Shown here: positions 39,551 through 49,687 of the stretch, one piece after another
Layout of the letters: every line of letters starts with the position of its first letter
How positions within the stretch are numbered: the stretch's first letter is position 1
Sequence record: PP400786
Reading direction: 5' to 3' (one strand)
Source: Escherichia phage FL12
Length of the DNA stretch: 64,000 nucleotides
Notes under the pieces: generated by a model
Told to the model about the DNA's origin: nothing
Database searches by the model: none
The model's input: only the letters and a program-made list of their open reading frames with translations
Made by a program: the position numbers and the translations under genes

Positions 39551-40969
39551 TTATGGATAGGTATAGATGATACCAGTTTCTAAAGCAGTTTTATGAATGA
39601 TGTATCCATTACGTGATTCTTGAACATCAACTTCTGGATAGTCTTTCATCATCTTCTGAAGAGTGTAACGATGCAGGTAATATTTACTATCTGGATCGTC
39701 AGTTTTCCAATCTTTACCTTCTTCAGTCATTTTTTGGATTTCATCCATAACCCACCAACCGCACCAGATGTAAGCTGAAGTACGATGTGGAAGAGGATGA
39801 ACATAAGGTAATTCACCTTCTGGTTCTGGAGCAACTTTATCAGTTACCTGAACTTGACCTTCTGCTGTGATAGTTTTGCTATCATAATCAGTAGCAGTAA
39901 CAGTTGCAGTAACTTCAATAGTTTGACTTCCAATAGATGATGTATCAACGGTGTATACATTAGTTGACCCTTCTACAGGAGAAGAATCTTTCTTCCATGA
40001 ATACGCAATTTGTGCTTCTTCTGGAGCATCAGTAACATTAGCAGTAAATGTAGCCGAAGCATCTTGCTGGACGTTAATAGAAGGAGGAGTCAATGTAACC
40101 TGTGGATTCATTGTCTTCTTATTAACTGTCAATGATACTTCATTAGAAGTAACTTCCTTTTCATTGTAATTTTCTGCCGTTACTTGCGCTACGCATTTAA
40201 TTCTTTTTACTCCACTTGTAGTTGGAGTGTAATTGAACGTAGCATTAGTTTCTCCACCAACTTGTGAATCATCTACATACCATTTATATGTAGCAGACGC
40301 TCCAACAGGTTGAGAAACCAAGGCAGCAGTAAATTGAACTGGGGTTCCAATTACTCCAGCTGAAGGACTATCAGGAGTTACGGCTAATGTAGTTGTCTGC
40401 GTCTTTTTATTAACAGTCAGTGACACTTCATTGGAAGTAACTTCCTTTGTATCATAATCTGTCGCGGTTACTTGAGCTACACACTTAATTGTTTTAACTC
40501 CGCTTGTGTCAGGAGTGTAATTGAATGTAGCGTCAGTTGCTTCGCTTACAGGAGAACCGTCAACGTGCCATTGATACGTAGCAGATGCACCTGGCGGCTG
40601 TGAATCTAAGGCAGCGGTAAATTGAACGGCTGTTCCAATCACTCCAGCCGCAGGACTAGCAGGAGTTACAGCTAAGGTAGTCGTTTGTGTCTTATTTTGA
40701 ACTGTGATAGTTGTTGTCGCTTCAGCCGTTTCCGGGCCTCCTTCAGAAAGTGTATTTGTTGCAACAACTTTAATTGTTTTTGTTCCAGCAGGTCCTTTTA
40801 ATACATAATCAAAAGTTGCCGCTGATCCTTCTTGTGGAGCATTATCTACACTCCAAGCATAGGTAATAGTTCCACCTCCAGTTTGACCACTGGGTGCAGC
40901 AGTAAACTGCTGAGTCTGATCTATAACTCCAGTAGGTGTTTTAGGAGTTATATCAACTGTAAAAGTCAT
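39551..40969 (-). CDS. hoc: Highly immunogenic outer capsid protein, four Ig-like domains plus capsid-binding C-terminus
   Basis: 472 aa; N-terminus MTFTVDITPKTPTGVID; conserved C-terminal module ending GIIYTYP; two adjacent near-identical ~95-aa Ig-like units. Confidence 0.92.
   Translation of the reverse strand: MTFTVDITPKTPTGVIDQTQQFTAAPSGQTGGGTITYAWSVDNAPQEGSAATFDYVLKGPAGTKTIKVVATNTLSEGGPETAEATTTITVQNKTQTTTLAVTPASPAAGVIGTAVQFTAALDSQPPGASATYQWHVDGSPVSEATDATFNYTPDTSGVKTIKCVAQVTATDYDTKEVTSNEVSLTVNKKTQTTTLAVTPDSPSAGVIGTPVQFTAALVSQPVGASATYKWYVDDSQVGGETNATFNYTPTTSGVKRIKCVAQVTAENYNEKEVTSNEVSLTVNKKTMNPQVTLTPPSINVQQDASATFTANVTDAPEEAQIAYSWKKDSSPVEGSTNVYTVDTSSIGSQTIEVTATVTATDYDSKTITAEGQVQVTDKVAPEPEGELPYVHPLPHRTSAYIWCGWWVMDEIQKMTEEGKDWKTDDPDSKYYLHRYTLQKMMKDYPEVDVQESRNGYIIHKTALETGIIYTYP
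40124..40696 (-). repeat. Tandem in-frame duplication of a ~288-bp Ig-domain unit within hoc
   Basis: Protein units NKTQTTTLAVTPASPAAGVIGTAVQFTAAL... and NKKTQTTTLAVTPDSPSAGVIGTPVQFTAAL... align residue for residue; DNA at about 40140-40240 and 40428-40530 is visibly similar at a 288-nt offset. Confidence 0.85.
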
Positions 40970-40978
40970 AAGTTATCC

Positions 40979-41659
40979 TTATTTTAATGTTACGAAAGAA
41001 GAATTGCGTGTTTCACGAATTAGAACTGATCCGTCACGATTAATGTAGTAAATTAAACTAAACAAAGTTTGATGCGCAGACGCATGTTCAAAACTGGTTG
41101 GGCGAGATTTCCAATCTGGAGTTTCAGCTATCCATTGATAAATCCACCAAGGAACAGTGCAGAATCCTGGATTTTTTCCAATCAGCTGAAGATTTGGACT
41201 AAAGTTTTCCGGAAGAGTAAATACAGACGGCTTTTCAGATTCAATAATCTCAGCTACAGCCTGTTCGAATTTTTCTTCAACAAAAGGAGTATCTTCAATC
41301 AAAACTGAGGTATTTTCAGGAATTTTATCCGTTTCTACTACTTCAATTTTAATGTCAGATTTAACCGGAGAATCAATCAGAAGTGCTGCTTCTGGATTGA
41401 CTTCTTCATCGTCATATTTTAATCCCTCTGCAGCATCAGCAGCATCAATTAAGTCTTTAATAGATAACCCATCAGTCTCTGGCATAGGTTCACTAGCGAG
41501 CTTCTGGAGGGCTTCTTCAATATCAACAACGATATTATCAAAAGATTTATTCTTTTTGACCTTTATACCAAACTGTTCAGCATATTCAGCTAATTTAGCT
41601 TTAGCTTCTTTGTTATCATCAAGAGCCTTCAGCTCTGCAATATAATCTTTATCTATCAT
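40979..41659 (-). CDS. inh: Inhibitor of prohead protease
   Basis: 226 aa; position between hoc and uvsW. Confidence 0.8.
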   Translation of the reverse strand: MIDKDYIAELKALDDNKEAKAKLAEYAEQFGIKVKKNKSFDNIVVDIEEALQKLASEPMPETDGLSIKDLIDAADAAEGLKYDDEEVNPEAALLIDSPVKSDIKIEVVETDKIPENTSVLIEDTPFVEEKFEQAVAEIIESEKPSVFTLPENFSPNLQLIGKNPGFCTVPWWIYQWIAETPDWKSRPTSFEHASAHQTLFSLIYYINRDGSVLIRETRNSSFVTLK

Positions 41660-41709
41660 AATATTTCCTCAGTATAAATATAGATATATTTATTACATGG
41701 TATTTAGAC

Positions 41710-43221
41710 ATGACTGACATTAAAGTACATTTTTATGATTTTAGTCACGTGAGAATTGATTGTGAAGAAAGTACATTTCATGAACTCCGTGATTTCTTTA
41801 GCTTTGAAGCTGACGGGTATCGTTTTAATCCTCGCTTCAGATATGGCCACTGGGATGGACGAATTCGTCTTTTAGATTATAATCGTCTTCTTCCATTCGG
41901 CTTAGTCGGGCAAATTAAAAAGTTCTGTGATAACTTTGGCTATAAAGCCTGGATTGACCCACAAATTAACGAAAAAGAAGAATTATCAAGAAAAGATTTT
42001 GATGAATGGCTTTCTAAATTAGAAATCTATTCAGGAAATAAAAGAATTGAACCACACTGGTATCAAAAAGATGCAGTGTTCGAAGGATTAGTTAATCGTC
42101 GTAGAATTCTTAATCTTCCAACATCCGCTGGTAAATCTTTAATTCAAGCTTTGCTTGCGCGGTATTATTTGGAAAATTATGAAGGTAAAATTCTTATCAT
42201 TGTTCCAACAACTGCTCTGACAACTCAGATGGCTGATGACTTTGTTGACTATCGTTTATTCAGTCATGCAATGATAAAGAAAATTGGTGGCGGAGCATCA
42301 AAAGATGATAAATATAAAAATGATGCACCAGTCGTTGTTGGTACATGGCAAACTGTAGTTAAACAACCGAAAGAATGGTTCTCACAGTTTGGAATGATGA
42401 TGAATGATGAATGCCATCTTGCTACAGGAAAAAGTATTTCATCTATCATATCAGGTTTAAATAACTGCATGTTTAAATTTGGTCTATCAGGTTCATTACG
42501 TGATGGCAAAGCCAATATCATGCAGTATGTTGGAATGTTTGGTGAAATATTTAAACCAGTAACGACTTCTAAATTAATGGAAGATGGACAAGTAACTGAG
42601 TTAAAAATTAATAGTATTTTTCTTCGCTATCCCGATGAGTTCACTACTAAATTAAAGGGAAAAACTTACCAAGAAGAAATAAAAATTATTACTGGGCTCA
42701 GTAAAAGAAATAAATGGATCGCTAAATTAGCTATTAAGCTTGCGCAAAAAGATGAAAACGCTTTTGTCATGTTTAAACATGTATCACATGGTAAAGCTAT
42801 TTTCGATTTAATTAAAAATGAATACGATAAAGTTTATTACGTATCAGGGGAAGTTGATACCGAAACCCGCAATATAATGAAAACCTTAGCTGAAAATGGT
42901 AAAGGAATAATTATAGTAGCGAGTTATGGCGTATTTTCTACTGGTATTTCAGTTAAAAATCTGCATCACGTTGTTTTAGCGCACGGTGTTAAATCAAAAA
43001 TCATTGTATTACAAACAATCGGTCGTGTATTACGTAAGCATGGTTCTAAGACAATAGCAACAGTCTGGGACCTCATAGATGACGCAGGCGTCAAGCCAAA
43101 ATCTGCTAATACGAAAAAGAAATATGTTCATTTGAACTATCTTTTAAAACACGGCATTGATCGTATTCAGCGCTACGCAGATGAAAAATTTAATTACGTA
43201 ATGAAAACAGTTAATTTATAA
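41710..43221 (+). CDS. uvsW: UvsW RNA-DNA / DNA helicase
   Basis: 503 aa; Walker A LPTSAGKS and DECH box (MMNDECHLA); SF2 helicase motifs. Confidence 0.95.
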   Translation: MTDIKVHFYDFSHVRIDCEESTFHELRDFFSFEADGYRFNPRFRYGHWDGRIRLLDYNRLLPFGLVGQIKKFCDNFGYKAWIDPQINEKEELSRKDFDEWLSKLEIYSGNKRIEPHWYQKDAVFEGLVNRRRILNLPTSAGKSLIQALLARYYLENYEGKILIIVPTTALTTQMADDFVDYRLFSHAMIKKIGGGASKDDKYKNDAPVVVGTWQTVVKQPKEWFSQFGMMMNDECHLATGKSISSIISGLNNCMFKFGLSGSLRDGKANIMQYVGMFGEIFKPVTTSKLMEDGQVTELKINSIFLRYPDEFTTKLKGKTYQEEIKIITGLSKRNKWIAKLAIKLAQKDENAFVMFKHVSHGKAIFDLIKNEYDKVYYVSGEVDTETRNIMKTLAENGKGIIIVASYGVFSTGISVKNLHHVVLAHGVKSKIIVLQTIGRVLRKHGSKTIATVWDLIDDAGVKPKSANTKKKYVHLNYLLKHGIDRIQRYADEKFNYVMKTVNL

Positions 43222-43238
43222 GGGCTTCGGCCCTTTGG
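43222..43238 (+). terminator. Hairpin after uvsW (weak terminator)
   Basis: GGGC-TTCG-GCCC followed by TTTGG. Confidence 0.5.
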
Positions 43239-43246
43239 AGAAAAAG

Positions 43247-43477
43247 ATGTTACTAAAATTTAAACAATTTCTTTATGAAGCTTCTATTGATGAATTTATG
43301 GGTAAAATTGCCTCTTGTCAAACATTAGAAGGTTTAGAAGAACTTGAAGCTTATTATAAGAAAAGAGTCAAAGAAACTGAATTAAAAGATACTGATGACA
43401 TCTCTGTAAGAGATGCTTTGGCAGGAAAAAGAGCTGAATTAGAAGATTCAGACGATGAAGTAGAAGAAAGCTTTTAA
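43247..43477 (+). CDS. uvsW.1: UvsW.1 small acidic protein
   Basis: 76 aa from ATG at 43247 preceded by GGAGAAAAAG; the track start at 43235 is TTG. Confidence 0.75.
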   Translation: MLLKFKQFLYEASIDEFMGKIASCQTLEGLEELEAYYKKRVKETELKDTDDISVRDALAGKRAELEDSDDEVEESF

Positions 43478-43532
43478 ATTAAAAAAGGCCCAACCAAAAA
43501 GGAAGGGCCAAAACTATAGACTAAAGGTCACA

Positions 43533-43700
43533 CTATAGCAAAAGTTGTGTTTCATTTAATTGTTCTTCCGAACTTTCTGAAACTGGTAGTTCTTTAATGT
43601 AATTATAGCAAGGCCCAGGATGTACAGGACCTTTGTCTGTTTCAACAACCAATGCAGAATCGATTGGAGTTTTACAGACAACACAAATCTTATCTGACAT
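43533..43700 (-). CDS. Small Cys-containing protein, 55 aa, second ORF downstream of uvsY (not in the ORF track)
   Basis: Translated by hand: MSDKICVVCKTPIDSALVVETDKGPVHPGPCYNYIKELPVSESSEEQLNETQLLL; ATG preceded by GAGGAG; CxxC...HPGPC suggests a metal-binding ribbon. Confidence 0.6.
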   Translation of the reverse strand: MSDKICVVCKTPIDSALVVETDKGPVHPGPCYNYIKELPVSESSEEQLNETQLLL

Positions 43701-43728
43701 GATTGTCTCCTCTGAATTATATATCTAT

Positions 43729-43953
43729 TTATACAACTCTCATATGCATATCAATGCCCATATCTTTAGAATAAAAATATTCATCAAGATATCCGGCAAA
43801 TTTTCCTTTAATATAAAGGACATCTTCACCACACGGGTGGTCGGCCAGGATACGAATATCCTGACGCTTAAGATTATGCTTTTTCATTAAGAATTGAATT
43901 TCCGTTTCAAATTCTTCTTCATAATTAAAAGCATCATCAATGCTATATCTCAT
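43729..43953 (-). CDS. Hypothetical protein, 74 aa, immediately downstream of uvsY
   Basis: ATGA overlap with the uvsY stop. Confidence 0.65.
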   Translation of the reverse strand: MRYSIDDAFNYEEEFETEIQFLMKKHNLKRQDIRILADHPCGEDVLYIKGKFAGYLDEYFYSKDMGIDMHMRVV

Positions 43954-44366
43954 TATTTTCCAACCTCAAATGCTCGCATGTCTTGAATATGCTTAATAGC
44001 AAATCCGCGTGATTTAATAGCATCAAGAGCTCCGCTACAGAAATCCAATAAAATTCCCCAATACTGTAACGAGGTATCAACTTTTAAAACATCCTTATCA
44101 GCTGATAGAACTGTCTTCATTTCTGATTTCTCATAACGGTCCATACTAAATTCATCACCATCTCCTCGTCCCGAGTAGTAGTCTAATCTAGCTTTAAGAG
44201 CAACTTTTTTCTGTGCGTCAATTCTAAGCATTTCCTTTTTAATACTTGAATGCTTATTAAGCCATTTACTATATAACATCACATTATTAGCTGCTTCATA
44301 CTGTAATTTAGTCGAATCTATAAACACATCTTTCTTCAATTCTTCTTGAAGATCTTCTAATCTCAT
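43953..44366 (-). CDS. uvsY: UvsY recombination mediator
   Basis: 137 aa, begins MRLEDLQEELKKDVFIDSTKLQYEAANN; middle promoter upstream. Confidence 0.95.
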   Translation of the reverse strand: MRLEDLQEELKKDVFIDSTKLQYEAANNVMLYSKWLNKHSSIKKEMLRIDAQKKVALKARLDYYSGRGDGDEFSMDRYEKSEMKTVLSADKDVLKVDTSLQYWGILLDFCSGALDAIKSRGFAIKHIQDMRAFEVGK

Positions 44367-44404
44367 ATTGTTCTCTATTCAATTGTTATTGGATGGACTT
44401 AGAT

Positions 44405-44434
44405 TCATTATACCACGTTTTAACGTGAAGCATT
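44405..44434 (-). promoter_or_regulatory. uvsY middle promoter (MotA box plus -10), corresponding by synteny to the oriF region
   Basis: Minus strand ATGCTTCA (MotA-box-like), 13 nt, then TATAAT in the 66-nt gene 25-uvsY spacer. The oriF assignment is from T4 knowledge, not from the sequence. Confidence 0.65.
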
Positions 44435-44831
44435 ATACCCTATTACTCGAAGCCAGTTGCAGTTTTATCTGCTCAATATCATCAGGGTTATCGATGACCG
44501 AAAAGCGTATTTCTACTATCAGAGTATAATCATCATAAACTGGTATCACATTAACTGATAATTTATCAATACGTGGCTCATAGTTTCTTACTGCGCTTTC
44601 AATATTGCGCTCAACTGTGTCAGCAGTAAGAGGAGTCATATTTTCAAAAAGCTGGTCTGATAAATCACATCCAAATTCAGGGTCAAACGGTCTTGAACCT
44701 TTTCTTGTTGTAATAATTCCCAAAAGACTGTTTTTAATTGACCTTAATCCAAGTGATCTGGAAACATCTTTGTTCCAATCCATTTTCATTTCCGGGTCAA
44801 TATCAGAATAAAGCTTATTAATATTTGCCAT
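44433..44831 (-). CDS. 25: Gene 25 baseplate wedge protein
   Basis: 132 aa, begins [19 protein letters not shown]; synteny 26-25-uvsY. Confidence 0.92.
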   Translation of the reverse strand: MANINKLYSDIDPEMKMDWNKDVSRSLGLRSIKNSLLGIITTRKGSRPFDPEFGCDLSDQLFENMTPLTADTVERNIESAVRNYEPRIDKLSVNVIPVYDDYTLIVEIRFSVIDNPDDIEQIKLQLASSNRV

Positions 44832-45457
44832 TATAGTAACTCAAAGAACTCTTTGAGGCCTCTTAATACGTGAGCATGGGTTTTTCCACACTCTGGACAC
44901 TTAATTGGAACAGCCAAATAAACGGTAGGTTTTAAAAGCATATCTTTTATAGCTACAATATCTGACTCTGTGATGATAGAATATAAATCTTCCAACTCTT
45001 TTTCATTTAAGTCTTCAATTGGAATGCTTTCACCGTTAGCATGAATCGTTTCTATACATGATACTATCATGTGGGCTATATTTTTATCATCAAAAATTTT
45101 AGGGTAATGGAACTTAATTTTAATGTCACCCAGTGTATACCAGAGGTCTTCTGATGCATCTATTTGTGTATGTAATAGATTTATATGGGTTGGTATTTCA
45201 GTTCCACAGGTGCACTTCCAGGAGTTTTCGTGATTAACTTCACCGAGAGAATGTGCCCATAAATGAATCAGCAGTAGTTCTGATTCTTGGCGGTTTAAAT
45301 CTTTTGCATTTGTGCAGTCTTTGATTAGCTTTTTAACAATTACTTCTACAGAACCATTATTTTTGGCAGTAATAAGTTCTAGATATTCTTTAAGCGTGAA
45401 TGCGCGACAATTGATTATTTTAGAACCAACTCTCACATCAAATTTGTATTCATACAT
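44831..45457 (-). CDS. 26: Gene 26 baseplate hub protein
   Basis: 208 aa; synteny; diverges from gene 51. Confidence 0.85.
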   Translation of the reverse strand: MYEYKFDVRVGSKIINCRAFTLKEYLELITAKNNGSVEVIVKKLIKDCTNAKDLNRQESELLLIHLWAHSLGEVNHENSWKCTCGTEIPTHINLLHTQIDASEDLWYTLGDIKIKFHYPKIFDDKNIAHMIVSCIETIHANGESIPIEDLNEKELEDLYSIITESDIVAIKDMLLKPTVYLAVPIKCPECGKTHAHVLRGLKEFFELL

Positions 45458-45478
45458 ATTTAGCTCCTTTATTTATCA

Positions 45479-45490
45479 TATTTATAAATA
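45479..45490. promoter_or_regulatory. Divergent late promoters for genes 26 and 51 sharing a palindromic TATTTATAAATA
   Basis: TATAAATA on the plus strand at 45483-45490 and its reverse complement at 45479-45486 on the minus strand. Confidence 0.7.
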
Positions 45491-45507
45491 GAATAAAAGG
45501 AGCATCT

Positions 45508-46257
45508 ATGGCAAACATTATTCGTTGTAAATTACCAGATGGTGTTCATCGTTTTAAACCATTTACGGTAGAAGATTATCGAGATTTTTTGTTAGTTCGA
45601 AACGATATAGAACATCGGTCACCACAAGAACAAAAAGAAATAATTACTGATTTAATTGATGATTATTTTGGAGACTATCCAAAGACTTGGCAACCATTTA
45701 TATTTTTGCAGGTATTTGTAGGGTCTATAGGTAAAACAAAAGTACCAGTCACATTTGTATGTCCAAAATGTAAAAAAGAAAAGACAGTTCCATTTGAAAT
45801 ATATCAAAAAGAATTAAAGGAACCTATTTTTGATGTAGCTAATGTTAAAATTAAATTAAAGTTTCCTTCTGAGTTTTATGAAAATAAAGCAAAGATGATT
45901 ACTGAAAATATTCATTCTGTTCAAGTAGATGAAATTTGGTATGATTGGAAGGAAATTAGCGAGTCTAGTCAAATAGAACTCGTTGACGCCATCGAGATAG
46001 AAACATTAGAACAAATTCTCGATGCAATGAATCCTATTAATTTAACTCTACATATGTCATGCTGTAATAAGTACATTAAAAAATACACTGATATAGTAGA
46101 TGTGTTTAAGCTATTAGTTAACCCAGATGAGATATTTACTTTTTATCAAATTAATCACACACTTGTAAAAAGTAATTATAGCTTAAATTCAATAATGAAA
46201 ATGATTCCTGCTGAGCGCGGATTCGTATTAAAACTGATTGAGAAGGATAAACAATAA
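45508..46257 (+). CDS. 51: Gene 51 baseplate hub assembly catalyst
   Basis: 249 aa; synteny 51-27-28-29. Confidence 0.85.
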   Translation: MANIIRCKLPDGVHRFKPFTVEDYRDFLLVRNDIEHRSPQEQKEIITDLIDDYFGDYPKTWQPFIFLQVFVGSIGKTKVPVTFVCPKCKKEKTVPFEIYQKELKEPIFDVANVKIKLKFPSEFYENKAKMITENIHSVQVDEIWYDWKEISESSQIELVDAIEIETLEQILDAMNPINLTLHMSCCNKYIKKYTDIVDVFKLLVNPDEIFTFYQINHTLVKSNYSLNSIMKMIPAERGFVLKLIEKDKQ

Positions 46258-47432
46258 TGAGTATGTTGCAACGCCCCGGATATCCAAATCTCAGCGTTAA
46301 ATTATTTGATAGCTACGACGCTTGGAGTAATAATAGATTTGTTGAATTAGCTGCTACTATTACCACATTAACTATGCGGGATTCTCTTTATGGCCGAAAT
46401 GAAGGAATGCTGCAGTTTTATGATTCTAAAAATATCCATACAAAAATGGATGGAAATGAAATAATTCAGATTTCTGTAGCTAATGCAAATGATATTAATA
46501 ATGTTAAAACACGAATTTATGGATGTAAGCATTTTTCAGTGTCAGTAGATTCAAAGGGTGATAACATCATTGCTATTGAATTGGGAACTATTCATTCTAT
46601 AGAAAATCTTAAATTTGGCAGACCGTTTTTCTCTGATGCAGGTGAATCTATAAAAGAAATGCTTGGTGTCATTTATCAGGATCGCACGTTATTAATTCCA
46701 GCAATAAATGCTATAAATGCTTATGTTCCTGATATTCCATGGACTAGCACATTTGAAAACTATTTGTCGTATGTCAGGGAAGTTGCTCTAGCTGTAGGAA
46801 GTGACAAATTTGTATTTGTGTGGCAAGACATCATGGGAGTTAACATGATGGACTATGATATGATGATAAATCAAGAACCGTATCCAATGATTGTCGGTGA
46901 GCCATCTTTAATAGGTCAATTCATCCAAGAATTAAAATATCCATTAGCATATGATTTCGTTTGGTTGACTAAATCGAATCCTCATAAACGCGACCCAATG
47001 AAAAACGCTACTATCTATGCTCATTCATTTTTAGATTCTTCATTGCCAATGATTACTACAGGAAAGGGAGAAAACTCTATTGTAGTGTCAAGGTCAGGTG
47101 CTTATTCTGAAATGACTTATAGGAATGGATATGAAGAAGCTATTCGTCTTCAAACTATGGCACAATACGATGGCTATGCTAAATGTTCTACTGTCGGTAA
47201 TTTTAACTTGACTCCTGGCGTTAAAATTATTTTTAATGATAGTAAAAACCAATTTAAAACAGAATTTTACGTTGATGAAGTTATCCACGAATTATCCAAT
47301 AATAATTCAGTAACTCATCTATATATGTTCACTAATGCAACGAAACTGGAAACAATAGACCCAGTTAAGGTTAAAAATGAATTTAAATCTGATACTACCA
47401 CTGAAGAAAGTAGTTCTTCCAATAAGCAATAA
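46257..47432 (+). CDS. 27: Gene 27 baseplate hub protein
   Basis: 391 aa; synteny. Confidence 0.9.
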   Translation: MSMLQRPGYPNLSVKLFDSYDAWSNNRFVELAATITTLTMRDSLYGRNEGMLQFYDSKNIHTKMDGNEIIQISVANANDINNVKTRIYGCKHFSVSVDSKGDNIIAIELGTIHSIENLKFGRPFFSDAGESIKEMLGVIYQDRTLLIPAINAINAYVPDIPWTSTFENYLSYVREVALAVGSDKFVFVWQDIMGVNMMDYDMMINQEPYPMIVGEPSLIGQFIQELKYPLAYDFVWLTKSNPHKRDPMKNATIYAHSFLDSSLPMITTGKGENSIVVSRSGAYSEMTYRNGYEEAIRLQTMAQYDGYAKCSTVGNFNLTPGVKIIFNDSKNQFKTEFYVDEVIHELSNNNSVTHLYMFTNATKLETIDPVKVKNEFKSDTTTEESSSSNKQ

Positions 47433-47910
47433 AGAAGTTTCTATTCCTAAAATGGGTCTTAAACATTATAACATTTTAAAAGATGTTAAAGGTCCTGATG
47501 AAAATTTAAAACTTCTTATTGATTCTATTTGTCCGAATTTATCACCAGCAGAAGTTGATTTCGTTTCCATTCATTTATTAGAATTTAATGGAAAGATTAA
47601 ATCTCGTAAAGAAATAGATGGTTATACTTATGACATTAATGATGTTTATGTATGCCAAAGATTGGAATTTCAATACCAAGGAAATACATTTTATTTTAGA
47701 CCGCCTGGAAAATTTGAACAATTTTTAACTGTGAGCGATATGTTATCCAAATGCTTGCTTAAGGTCAATGATGAAGTTAAAGAAATTAATTTTCTTGAGA
47801 TGCCAGCATTCGTTTTAAAATGGGCAAATGATATTTTTACAACTTTAGCAATTCCTGGCCCTAATGGTCCAATAACCGGAATTGGCAATATTATTGGATT
47901 ATTTGAATGA
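47377..47910 (+). CDS. 28: Gene 28 baseplate hub distal subunit
   Basis: 177 aa; overlaps the gene 27 3' end in another frame. Confidence 0.8.
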   Translation: MNLNLILPLKKVVLPISNKEVSIPKMGLKHYNILKDVKGPDENLKLLIDSICPNLSPAEVDFVSIHLLEFNGKIKSRKEIDGYTYDINDVYVCQRLEFQYQGNTFYFRPPGKFEQFLTVSDMLSKCLLKVNDEVKEINFLEMPAFVLKWANDIFTTLAIPGPNGPITGIGNIIGLFE

Positions 47911-49679
47911 AAAAGCCACAAGAAATGCAAACGATGCGTAGAAAAGTTATTTCAGATAATAAACCAACACAGGAAGCGGCTAAATCCGCTTCTAACACTT
48001 TATCTGGACTTAACGATATATCTACGAAATTGGATGATGCTCAAGCTGCTTCTGAATTAATTGCTCAAACTGTCGAAGAAAAATCGAATGAAATAATTGG
48101 AGCAATTGACAATGTAGAAAGCGCAGTGAGTGATACTACTGCTGGTTCTGAGTTAATTGCTGAAACTGTCGAAATTGGCAATAATATTAATAAAGAAATC
48201 GGTGAATCGCTCGGAAGTAAATTAGATAAATTAACGAGTTTACTCGAGCAAAAAATCCAGACAGCCGGAATTCAACAAACAGGAACTAGTTTAGCTACGG
48301 TTGAAAGCGCTATTCCTGTTAAAGTTGTTGAGGACGATACAGCTGAATCTGTGGGTCCTTTATTACCGGCTCCTGAAGCAGTTAATAATGATCCTGATGC
48401 TGATTTTTTCCCTACCCCTCAGCCAGTTGAACCTAAACAAGAATCGCCAGAAGAAAAACAGAAAAAAGACGCATTTAACTTAAAATTATCTCAAGCTTTA
48501 GATAAATTAACAAAGACTGTTGATTTTGGATTTAAGAAATCCATTTCAATTACTGATAAAATATCAAGCATGCTATTTAAGTATACCGTTAGTGCTGCTA
48601 TTGAAGCTGCTAAAATGACTGCAATGATATTGGCTGTTGTTGTTGGAATAGATCTGCTGATGGTTCATTTCAAATATTGGTCAGATAAATTTTCGCAGGC
48701 TTGGGATTTGTTTAGTACAGACTTTACTAAATTCTCTAGCGAAACCGGAACATGGGGTCCTTTATTACAGAGCATCTTTAGTTCTATTGATGAAATTAAA
48801 AAATTCTGGGAAGAGGGAGATTGGGGCGGTTTGACGGTAGCTATTGTAGAAGGGCTTGGAAAGGTTCTTTATAATTTAGGAGAACTTATTCAGCTTGGAA
48901 TGGCTAAATTATCTGCTGCAATTCTTCGAGTTATTCCTGGTATGAAAGATACTGCTGATGAAGTAGAAGGAAGAGCATTAGAAAATTTCCAAAATTCTAC
49001 TGGAGCATCTCTCAATAAAGAAGACCAGGAAAAAGTTGCAAATTATCAAGATAAACGAATGAATGGAGACCTTGGTCCGATAGCAAAAGGATTAGATAAA
49101 ATTGCTAATTGGAAAACTCGTGCATCTAATTGGATTCGTGGGGTTGATAATAAAGAAGCACTAACTACCGACGAAGAACGCGCAGCAGAAGAAGAAAAAT
49201 TAAAGCAACTTTCACCGGAAGAAAGAAAAAATGCTTTAATGAAGGCTAATGAAGCCCGTGCCGCAATGATTCGCTTTGAAAAATATGCTGATTCAGCTGA
49301 TATGAGTAAAGACTCAACGGTTAAATCAGTTGAATCTGCCTATGAAGACCTTAAAAAACGGATGGATGACCCGGATTTAAACAATTCACCGGCAGTTAAA
49401 AAAGAACTTGCTGCTAGATTTTCTAAAATTGATGCTACTTATCAAGAGCTCAAGAAAAATCAGCCTAATGCCAAACCTGAAACTTCTGCTAAATCGCCAG
49501 AAGCGAAACAGGTCCAGGTTATTGAAAAGAACAAAGCACAGCAAGCTCCTGTTCAGCAAGCATCTCCTTCAATCAATAATACTAATAATGTTATTAAGAA
49601 AAATACTGTCGTTCATAATATGACACCTGTCACAAGCACAACTGCTCCTGGTGTATTTGATGCGACTGGAGTTAATTAA
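47907..49679 (+). CDS. 29: Gene 29 tail length tape-measure / hub protein
   Basis: 590 aa; long predicted helical regions; synteny. Confidence 0.9.
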   Translation: MKKPQEMQTMRRKVISDNKPTQEAAKSASNTLSGLNDISTKLDDAQAASELIAQTVEEKSNEIIGAIDNVESAVSDTTAGSELIAETVEIGNNINKEIGESLGSKLDKLTSLLEQKIQTAGIQQTGTSLATVESAIPVKVVEDDTAESVGPLLPAPEAVNNDPDADFFPTPQPVEPKQESPEEKQKKDAFNLKLSQALDKLTKTVDFGFKKSISITDKISSMLFKYTVSAAIEAAKMTAMILAVVVGIDLLMVHFKYWSDKFSQAWDLFSTDFTKFSSETGTWGPLLQSIFSSIDEIKKFWEEGDWGGLTVAIVEGLGKVLYNLGELIQLGMAKLSAAILRVIPGMKDTADEVEGRALENFQNSTGASLNKEDQEKVANYQDKRMNGDLGPIAKGLDKIANWKTRASNWIRGVDNKEALTTDEERAAEEEKLKQLSPEERKNALMKANEARAAMIRFEKYADSADMSKDSTVKSVESAYEDLKKRMDDPDLNNSPAVKKELAARFSKIDATYQELKKNQPNAKPETSAKSPEAKQVQVIEKNKAQQAPVQQASPSINNTNNVIKKNTVVHNMTPVTSTTAPGVFDATGVN

Positions 49680-49687
49680 GGAATAAT

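Noticed and set aside
40124-40696. Direct repeats in hoc considered as a possible CRISPR-like or satellite array
   Set aside because: Only two units, about 288 bp each, in frame and encoding Ig-like domains; no short repeat-spacer periodicity. It is a coding domain duplication.
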